Shown here one piece after another: positions 54,990 through 64,000 of a stretch of DNA of 64,000 bases (the first letter of the stretch is position 1; each line of letters starts with the position of its first letter). A model generated the notes under the pieces. It made no database searches, was not told the DNA's origin, and worked only from the letters and a program-made list of their open reading frames with translations. Both the position numbers and the translations under genes were made by a program. The stretch is from Eledone cirrhosa (Eukaryota): contig OZ024740.1 of assembly GCA_964016885.1 (NCBI GenBank), forward strand, positions 10,912,001-10,976,000. Direction: 5' to 3'.

Positions 54990-55500
54990 GTTTGATATAG
55001 TTATGGTAGTGTTTGATACAGTTATAGGAGTATTTGATACAGTTATGGGAGTGTTTGATACAGTTATGGTAGTGTTTGATACAGTTATAGGAGTATTTGA
55101 TACAGTTATGGGAGTGTTTGATACAGTTATAGGAGTATTTGATACAGTTATGGGAGTGTTTGATACAGTTATGGTAGTGTTTGATACAGTTATGGTAGTG
55201 TTTGATACAGTTATAGGAGTATTTGATACAGTTATGGGAGTGTTTGATATAGTTATGGTAGTGTTTGATACAGTTATAGGAGTATTTGATACAGTTATGG
55301 GAGTGTTTGATACAGTTATGGTAGTGTTTGATACAGTTATAGGAGTATTTGATACAGTTATGGGAGTGTTTGATACAGTTATAGGAGTATTTGATACAGT
55401 TATGGGAGTGTTTGATACAGTTATGGTAGTGTTTGATACAGTTATGGTAGTGTTTGATACAGTTATAGGAGTATTTGATACAGTTATGGGAGTGTTTGAT
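54990..55500 (+). repeat. 252-bp (12-monomer) tandem duplication marked by ATAGGAGTATTT
   Basis: The marker at 55024/55087/55129/55213 recurs at 55276/55339/55381/55465, each +252. Confidence 0.85.
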
Positions 55501-58399
55501 ACAGTTATGGTAGTGTTTGATACAGTTATGGTAGTGTTTGATACAGTTATGGTAGTGTTTGGTACAGTTATGGTAGTGTTTGATACAGTTATAGGAGTAT
55601 TTGATACAGTTATGGGAGTGTTTGATACAGTTATAGGAGTATTTGATACAGTTATGGTAGTGTTTGATAGAGTTATGGGAGTGTTTGATACAGTTATGGT
55701 AGTGTTTGATACAGTTATGGTAGTGTTTGATAGAGTTATGGTAGTGTTTGATAGAGTTATGGTAGTGTTTGATACAGTTATGGTAGTGTTTGATACAGTT
55801 ATGGTAGTGTTTGATACAGTTATGGTAGTGTTTGATAGAGTTATGGTAGTGTTTGATAGAGTTATGGTAGTGTTTGATACAGTTATGGTAGTGTTTGATA
55901 CAGTTATGGGAGTGTTTGATACAGTTATGGTAGTGTTTGATACAGTTATGGTAGTGTTTGATACAGTTATAGGAGTATTTGATACAGTTATGGGAGTGTT
56001 TGATATAGTTATGGTAGTGTTTGATACAGTTATGGTAGTGTTTGATACAGTTATGGTAGTGTTTGATACAGTTATGGTAGTGTTTGATACAGTTATGGTA
56101 GTGTTTGATAGAGTTATGGTAGTGTTTGATAGAGTTATGGTAGTGTTTGATACAGTTATGGTAGTGTTTGATACAGTTATGGTAGTGTTTGATACAGTTA
56201 TGGTAGTGTTTGATAGAGTTATGGTAGTGTTTGATAGAGTTATGGTAGTGTTTGATACAGTTATGGTAGTGTTTGATACAGTTATGGCAGTGTTTGATAG
56301 AGTTATGGTAGTGTTTGATAGAGTTATGGTAGTGTTTGATAGAGTTATGGTAGTGTTTGATATAATTATGGAAGTGTTTGATACAGTTATGGGAGTGTTT
56401 GATACAGTTATGGTAGTGTTTGATAGAGTTATGGTAGTGTTTGATACAGTTATGGTAGTGTTTGATACAGTTATGGTAGTGTTTGATATAGTTATGGTAG
56501 TGTTTGATACAGTTATGGGAGTGTTTGATACAATTATGGTAGTGTTTGATACAGTTATGGTAGTGTTTGATAAAGTTATGGTAGTGTTTGATACAGTTAT
56601 AGGAGTATTTGATACAGTTATGGGAGTGTTTGATACAGTTATGGTAGTGTTTGATACAGTTATGGTAGTGTTTGATACAGTTATAGGAGTATTTGATACA
56701 GTTATGGGAGTGTTTGATACAGTTATGGTAGTGTTTGATACAGTTATGGTAGTGTTTGATACAGTTATGGTAGTGTTTGATACAGTTATGGTAGTGTTTG
56801 ATACAGTTATGGGAGTGTTTGATACAGTTATGGTAGTGTTTGGTACAGTTATGGGAGTGTTTGATACAGTTATGGTAGTGTTTGATACAGTTATGGGAGT
56901 GTTTGATACAGTTATGGTAGTGTTTGATACAGTTATGGTAGTGTTTGATACAGTTATGGGAGTGTTTGATACAGTTATGGTAGTGTTTGGTACAGTTATG
57001 GGAGTGTTTGATACAGTTATGGTAGTGTTTGATACAGTTATGGGAGTGTTTGATACAGTTATGGTAGTGTTTGGTACAGTTATGGGAGTGTTTGATACAG
57101 TTATAGGAGTATTTGATACAGTTATGGGAGTGTTTGATACAGTTATGGGAGTGTTTGATACAGTTATGGTAGTGTTTGATACAGTTATGGGAGTGTTTGA
57201 TACAGTTATGGTAGTGTTTGATACAGTTATGGTAGTGTTTGATACAGTTATGGTAGTGTTTGATACAGTTATAGGAGTATTTGATACAGTTATGGGAGTG
57301 TTTGATACAGTTATGGGAGTGTTTGATACAGTTATGGTAGTGTTTGATACAGTTATGGGAGTGTTTGATACAGTTATAGGAGTGTTTGATACAGTTATGG
57401 TAGTGTTTGATACAGTTATGGTAGTGTTTGATACAGTTATGGTAGTGTTTGGTACAGTTATGGGAGTGTTTGATACAGTTATGGTAGTGTTTGATACAGT
57501 TATGGGAGTGTTTGATACAGTTATGGTAGTGTTTGGTACAGTTATGGGAGTGTTTGATACAGTTATGGTAGTGTTTGATACAGTTATGGGAGTGTTTGAT
57601 ACAGTTATGGTAGTGTTTGGTACAGTTATGGGAGTGTTTGATACAGTTATGGTAGTGTTTGGTACAGTTATGGGAGTGTTTGATACAGTTATGGTAGTGT
57701 TTGATACAGTTATGGGAGTGTTTGATACAGTTATGGTAGTGTTTGATACAGTTATGGGAGTGTTTGATACAGTTATGGGAGTGTTTGATACAGTTATAGG
57801 AGTGTTTGATACAGTTATGGGAGTGTTTGATACAGTTATGGGAGTGTTTGGTACAGTTATGGGAGTGTTTGATACAGTAATGGTAGTGTTTGATACAATT
57901 ATGGGAGTGTTTGATACAGTTATGGGAGTGTTTGATACAGTTATGGGAGTGTTTGATACAGTTATAGAAGTGTTTGATACAGTTATGGTAGTGTTTGATA
58001 CAGTTATAGGAGTGTTTGATACAGTAATGGTAGTGTTTGATAGAGTTATGGGAGTGTTTGATAGAGTTATGGGTGTGTTTGATACAGTTATGGTAGTGTT
58101 TGATACAGTTATGGTAGTGTTTGGTACAGTTATGGGAGTGTTTGATACAGTAATGGTAGTGTTTGATAGAGTTATGGGAGTGTTTGATACAGTTATGGGA
58201 TTGTTTGATACAGTTATGGTAGTGTTTGATACAGTTATGGTAGTGTTTGGAACAGTTATGGGAGTGTTTGATACAGTTATGGTAGTGTTTGATACAGTTA
58301 TAGGAGTGTTTGATAGAGTTATGGGAGTGTTTGATATAGTTATGGGAGTGTTTGATACAGTTATAGGAGTGTTTGATACAGTTATGGTAGTGTTTGATA

Positions 58400-61300
58400 C
58401 AGTTATAGGAGTGTTTGATACAGTTATGGGAGTGTTTGATACAGTTATGGGAGTGTTTGATACAGTTATGGGAGTGTTTGATACAGTTATGGGAGTGTTT
58501 GATACAGTTATGGGAGTGTTTGATACAGTTATAGGAGTGTTTGATACAGTTATGGGAGTGTTTGATACAGTTATGGGAGTGTTTGATACAGTTATAGGAG
58601 TGTTTGATACAGTTATGGGAGTGTTTGATACAGTTATGGGAGTGTTTGATACAGTTATGGGAGTGTTTGATACAGTTATAGGAGTGTTTGATAGAGTTAT
58701 GGGAGTGTTTGATATAGTTATGGGAGTGTTTGATACAGTTATAGGAGTGTTTGATACAGTTATGGTAGTGTTTGATACAGTTATGGGAGTGTTTGATACA
58801 GTAATGGTAGTGTTTGATAGAGTTATGGGAGTGTTTGATAGAGTTATGGGTGTGTTTGATAAAGTTATAGGAGTGTTTGATACAGTTATGGGAGTGTTTG
58901 ATACAGTTATGGGAGTGTTTGATATAGTTATGGGAGTGTTTGATACAGTTATAGGAGTGTTTGATACAGTTATGGGAGTGTTTGATGCAGTTATGGGAGT
59001 GTTTGATACAGTTATGGGAGTGTTTGATACAGTTATGGGAGTGTTTGATACAGTTATGGGAGTGTTTGATACAATTATGGGAGTGTTTGATACAGTTATG
59101 GGAGTGTTTGATATAGTTATGGTAGTGTTTGATACAGTTATGGTAGTGTTTGATACAGTTATGGTAGTGTTTGATACAGTTATGGGAGTGTTTGATACAA
59201 TTATGGGAGTGTTTGATATAGTTATGGGAGTGTTTGATACAGTTATGGTAGTGTTTGATACAGTTATAGGAGTGTTTGATACAGTTATGGTAGTGTTTGA
59301 TACAGTTATGGTAGTGTCTGATACAGTTATGGGAGTGTTTGATACAGTTATGGGAGTGTTTGATATAGTTATGGGAGTGTTTGATACAATTATGGTAGTG
59401 TTTGATACAGTTATGGGAGTGTTTGATACAGTTATGGGAGTTTGTGATACAGTTATAGGAGTGTTTGATACAGTTATGGGAGTGTTTGATACAGTTATGG
59501 GAGTGTTTCATACAGTTATGGGAGTGTTGATATAGTTATGGTAGTGTTTGATACAGTTATAGGAGTGTTTGATACAGTTATGGGAGTGTTTGATACATTT
59601 ATGGGAGTGTTTGATACAGTTATGGTAGTGTTTGATACAGTTATGGGAGTGTTTGATACAGTTATGGGAGTGTTTGATACAGTTATGTGTGTGTTTGATA
59701 TAGTTATGGGAGTGTTTGATACAATTATGGTAGTGTTTGATACAGTTATGGGAGTGTTTGATACAGTTATGGGAGTGTTTGATACAGTTATAGGAGTGTT
59801 TGATACAATTATGGTAGTGTTTGATACAGTTATGGTAGTGTTTGATACAGTTATGGTAGTGTTTGATACAGTTATGGGAGTGTTTGATACAATTATGGGA
59901 GTGTTTGATATAGTTATGGGAGTGTTTGATACAGTTATGGTAGTGTTTGATACAGTTATAGGAGTGTTTGATACAGTTATGGTAGTGTTTGATACAGTTA
60001 TGGTAGTGTTTGATACAGTTATGGGAGTGTTTGATACAGTTATGGGAGTGTTTGATATAGTTATGGGAGTGTTTGATACAATTATGGTAGTGTTTGATAC
60101 AGTTATGGGAGTGTTTGATACAGTTATGGGAGTGTTTGATACAGTTATAGGAGTGTTTGATACAGTTATGGGAGTGTTTGATACAGTTATGGGAGTGTTT
60201 GATACAGTTATGGTAGTGTTTGATACAGTTATGGTAGTGTTTGATACAGTTATGGGAGTGTTTGATATAGTTATGGGAGTGTTTGTTACAATTATGGTAG
60301 TGTTTGATACAGTTATAGGAGTGTTTGATACAGTTATAGGAGTGTTTGATACAGTTATGGGAGTGTTTAATACAGTTATGGGAGTGTTTGATACAGTTAT
60401 AGGAGTGTTTGATACAGTTATGGTAGTGTTTGATACAGTTATAGGAGTGTTTGAGACAGTAATGGTAGTGTTTGATAGAGTTATGGGAGTGTTTGATAGA
60501 GTTATGGGTGTGTTTGATACAGTTATGGTAGTGTTTGATACAGTTATGGTAGTGTTTGGTACAGTTATGGGAGTGTTTGATACAGTAATGGTAGTGTTTG
60601 ATAGAGTTATGGGAGTGTTTGATAGAGTTATGGGATTGTTTGATACAGTTATGGTAGTGTTTGATACAGTTATGGTAGTGTTTGGTACAGTTATGGGAGT
60701 GTTTGATACAGTTATGGTAGTGTTTGATACAGTTATAGGAGTGTTTGATAGAGTTATGGGAGTGTTTGATATAGTTATGGGAGTGTTTGATACAGTTATA
60801 GGAGTGTTTGATACAGTTATGGTAGTGTTTGATACAGTTATGGGAGTGTTTGATACAGTAATGGTAGTGTTTGATAGAGTTATGGGAGTGTTTGATAGAG
60901 TTATGGGTGTGTTTGATAAAGTTATAGGAGTGTTTGATACAGTTATGGGAGTGTTAGATACAGTTATGGGAGTGTTTGATATAGTTATGGGAGTGTTTGA
61001 TACAGTTATAGGAGTGTTTGATACAGTTATGGGAGTGTTTGATGCAGTTATGGGAGTGTTTGATACAGTTATGGGAGTGTTTGATACAGTTATGGGAGTG
61101 TTTGATACAGTTATGGGAGTGTTTGATACAATTATGGGAGTGTTTGATACAGTTATGGGAGTGTTTGATACAGTTATGGGAGTGTTTGATACAGTTATAG
61201 GAGTGTTTGATACAGTTATGGGAGTGTTTGATACAGTTATGGGAGTGTTTGATACAGTTATGGGAGTGTTTGATACAGTTATGGGAGTGTTTGATACAGT

Positions 61301-64000
61301 TATGGGAGTGTTTGATACAGTTATAGGAGTGTTTGATACAGTTATGGGAGTGTTTGATACAGTTATGGGAGTGTTTGATACAGTTATGGGAGTGTTTGAT
61401 ACAGTTATAGGAGTGTTTGATACAGTTATGGGAGTGTTTGATACAGTTATGGGAGTGTTTGATACAGTTATGGGAGTGTTTGATACAGTTATAGGAGTGT
61501 TTGATAGAGTTATGGGAGTGTTTGATATAGTTATGGGAGTGTTTGATACAGTTATAGGAGTGTTTGATACAGTTATGGTAGTGTTTGATACAGTTATGGG
61601 AGTGTTTGATACAGTAATGGTAGTGTTTGATAGAGTTATGGGAGTGTTTGATAGAGTTATGGGTGTGTTTGATAAAGTTATAGGAGTGTTTGATACAGTT
61701 ATGGGAGTGTTTGATACAGTTATGGGAGTGTTTGATATAGTTATGGGAGTGTTTGATACAGTTATAGGAGTGTTTGATACAGTTATGGGAGTGTTTGATG
61801 CAGTTATGGGAGTGTTTGATACAGTTATGGGAGTGTTTGATACAGTTATGGGAGTGTTTGATACAGTTATGGGAGTGTTTGATACAATTATGGGAGTGTT
61901 TGATACAGTTATGGGAGTGTTTGATATAGTTATGGTAGTGTTTGATACAGTTATGGTAGTGTTTGATACAATTATGGTAGTGTTTGATACAGTTATGGGA
62001 GTGTTTGATACAATTATGGGAGTGTTTGATATAGTTATGGGAGTGTTTGATACAGTTATGGTAGTGTTTGATACAGTTATAGGAGTGTTTGATACAGTTA
62101 TGGTAGTGTTTGATACAGTTATGGTAGTGTCTGATACAGTTATGGGAGTGTTTGATACAGTTATGGGAGTGTTTGATATAGTTATGGGAGTGTTTGATAC
62201 AATTATGGTAGTGTTTGATACAGTTATGGGAGTGTTTGATACAGTTATGGGAGTTTGTGATACAGTTATAGGAGTGTTTGATACAGTTATGGGAGTGTTT
62301 GATACAGTTATGGGAGTGTTTCATACAGTTATGGGAGTGTTGATATAGTTATGGTAGTGTTTGATACAGTTATAGGAGTGTTTGATACAGTTATGGGAGT
62401 GTTTGATACATTTATGGGAGTGTTTGATACAGTTATGGTAGTGTTTGATACAGTTATGGGAGTGTTTGATACAGTTATGGGAGTGTTTGATACAGTTATG
62501 TGTGTGTTTGATATAGTTATGGGAGTGTTTGATACAATTATGGTAGTGTTTGATACAGTTATGGGAGTGTTTGATACAGTTATAGGAGTGTTTGATACAA
62601 TTATGGTAGTGTTTGATACAGTTATGGTAGTGTTTGATACAGTTATGGTAGTGTTTGATACAGTTATGGGAGTGTTTGATACAATTATGGGAGTGTTTGA
62701 TATAGTTATGGGAGTGTTTGATACAGTTATGGTAGTGTTTGATACAGTTATAGGAGTGTTTGATACAGTTATGGTAGTGTTTGATACAGTTATGGTAGTG
62801 TTTGATACAGTTATGGGAGTGTTTGATACAGTTATGGGAGTGTTTGATATAGTTATGGGAGTGTTTGATACAATTATGGTAGTGTTTGATACAGTTATGG
62901 GAGTGTTTGATACAGTTATGGGAGTGTTTGATACAGTTATAGGAGTGTTTGATACAGTTATGGGAGTGTTTGATACAGTTATGGGAGTGTTTGATACAGT
63001 TATGGTAGTGTTTGATACAGTTATGGTAGTGTTTGATACAGTTATGGGAGTGTTTGATATAGTTATGGGAGTGTTTGATACAATTATGGTAGTGTTTGAT
63101 ACAGTTATAGGAGTGTTTGATACAGTTATAGGAGTGTTTGATACAGTTATGGGAGTGTTTAATACAGTTATGGGAGTGTTTGATACAGTTATAGGAGTGT
63201 TTGATACAGTTATGGTAGTGTTTGATACAGTTATAGGAGTGTTTGATACAGTAATGGTAGTGTTTGATAGAGTTATGGGAGTGTTTGATAGAGTTATGGG
63301 TGTGTTTGATACAGTTATGGTAGTGTTTGATACAGTTATGGTAGTGTTTGGTACAGTTATGGGAGTGTTTGATACAGTAATGGTAGTGTTTGATAGAGTT
63401 ATGGGAGTGTTTGATACAGTTATGGGATTGTTTGATACAGTTATGGTAGTGTTTGATACAGTTATGGTAGTGTTTGGTACAGTTATGGGAGTGTTTGATA
63501 CAGTTATGGTAGTGTTTGATACAGTTATAGGAGTGTTTGATAGAGTTATGGGAGTGTTTGATATAGTTATGGGAGTGTTTGATACAGTTATAGGAGTGTT
63601 TGATACAGTTATGGTAGTGTTTGATACAGTTATGGGAGTGTTTGATACAGTAATGGTAGTGTTTGATAGAGTTCTGGGAGTGTTTGATAGAGTTATGGGT
63701 GTGTTTGATAAAGTTATAGGAGTGTTTGATACAGTTATGGGAGTGTTTGATACAGTTATGGGAGTGTTTGATATAGTTATGGGAGTGTTTGATACAGTTA
63801 TAGGAGTGTTTGATACAGTTATGGGAGTGTTTGATGCAGTTATGGGAGTGTTTGATACAGTTATGGGAGTGTTTGATACAGTTATGGGAGTGTTTGATAC
63901 AGTTATGGGAGTGTTTGATACAATTATGGGAGTGTTTGATACAGTTATGGGAGTGTTTGATACAGTTATGGGAGTGTTTGATACAGTTATAGGAGTGTTT
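58400..64000 (+). repeat. ~2.8-kb HOR (2813 bp = 134x21-1, then 2792 bp = 133x21-1), two copies, truncated by the window end
   Basis: GATGCA at 58984->61797 (+2813) and 61041->63833 (+2792). GTGTCTGAT, GAGTTTGTGAT and the 1-bp-deleted GTGTTGATAT monomer (~59524, ~62337) also recur. Confidence 0.93.

Larger units (their letters stand above)
43821..59507 (-). other. Very long stop-free frame (SNT[P/T]ITV)n, Ser/Thr/Pro-rich; most likely an incidental product of a stop-free 21-mer rather than a gene
   Basis: The track reports 43821..51911 (2696 aa). By eye, no TTTCAT or TTTTAT variant (the main stop-generating changes in this frame) lies between 43824 and 59507, so the frame stays open upstream. 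There is no unique N- or C-terminal domain. Confidence refers to it being a real coding region. Confidence 0.08.
46618..59511 (-). other. 4297-codon repeat ORF (KH[S/Y]HNCI)n; probably spurious
   Basis: From the ORF track. Start and stop codons both arise from single variant monomers, and the ORF overlaps equally long ORFs in two other frames. Confidence refers to it being a real coding region. Confidence 0.03.
1..64000 (+). repeat. 21-bp monomer tandem satellite array, consensus GTGTTTGATACAGTTATGG(G/T)A, about 3,050 copies, running off both window edges
   Basis: The monomer is directly readable throughout; 64000/21 = ~3048. Position 20 is dimorphic (G or T). Most other variation is single substitutions (ACA>ATA/AGA, GTT>ATT, ATG>ATA, GAT>GGT, GGA>GAA). 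All translations in the ORF track have period 7 aa. Confidence 0.99.

Noticed and set aside
60870-61570. G-quadruplex potential in runs of GGG-containing monomers
   Set aside because: GGG tracts are separated by 18-nt loops, far longer than in canonical stable G4 motifs.
3869-62324. Minus-strand His/Cys-rich ORFs (KHSHNCI)n as metal-binding or zinc-finger proteins
   Set aside because: They are the antisense translation of the same satellite, with no canonical zinc-finger or CxxCH spacing and arbitrary boundaries.
2-62348. Plus-strand ORFs (VFDTVM[G/V])n up to 1964 aa as protein-coding genes
   Set aside because: They follow automatically from a stop-free monomer whose length is a multiple of 3. 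Starts and stops are single variant monomers, there are no unique domains or intergenic regions, and stops and frameshifts are copied through the HORs.
1-64000. CRISPR array
   Set aside because: Monomers are directly adjacent, with no unique spacers, leader or cas genes.
1-64000. Plasmid iterons or a replication origin (21-bp direct repeats in helical phase)
   Set aside because: Iteron clusters have a handful of copies beside a rep gene and an AT-rich region. Here there are thousands of copies and nothing else.
1-64000. Plasmodium falciparum rep20 (21-bp subtelomeric repeat)
   Set aside because: The length matches, but as I recall it the rep20 consensus begins TAAGACC, which is absent on both strands here.
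1-64000. Promoter, RBS (GGAG) or terminator calls
   Set aside because: GGAG and TTGATA-like hexamers occur in most monomers as part of the repeat, with no gene context. The 43802 hairpin lacks a GC-rich stem and U-tract.
1-64000. Programmed diversification or cassette system (DGR, antigenic-variation cassettes) behind the variant monomers
   Set aside because: There is no reverse transcriptase, recombinase or expression locus. Variants are not adenine-specific and are adequately explained by mutation plus duplication.

Overview
The whole 64 kb window is one uninterrupted head-to-tail tandem array (satellite DNA) of a 21-bp monomer, consensus GTGTTTGATACAGTTATGG(G/T)A, with about 3,050 copies in a single orientation. 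It has no unique sequence, spacer, transposon insertion or recognisable gene. Every ORF in the track is a 7-residue-periodic translation of the monomer (VFDTVM[G/V], SNT[P/T]ITV, KH[S/Y]HNCI, CLIQLWE). The information lies in the pattern of variant monomers, which shows a layered array: (i) a ~5.5-5.9 kb higher-order repeat (HOR) with no indels at 0.4-17.7 kb; (ii) 4,885-bp and 5,515-bp HORs carrying short-deletion monomers at 16.8-39.6 kb; (iii) a more diverged zone without long HORs at ~39.7-47 kb, containing a relic of the HOR module and one hairpin-type micro-inversion; (iv) a homogeneous zone rich in the GGT variant with short HORs at ~47-57.8 kb; and (v) a ~2.8 kb HOR at 58.4-64 kb. It looks like eukaryotic centromeric, pericentromeric or subtelomeric satellite, but neither the organism nor the family can be identified from the sequence alone. 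I found no supportable protein-based system. All coordinates and counts were read by eye.
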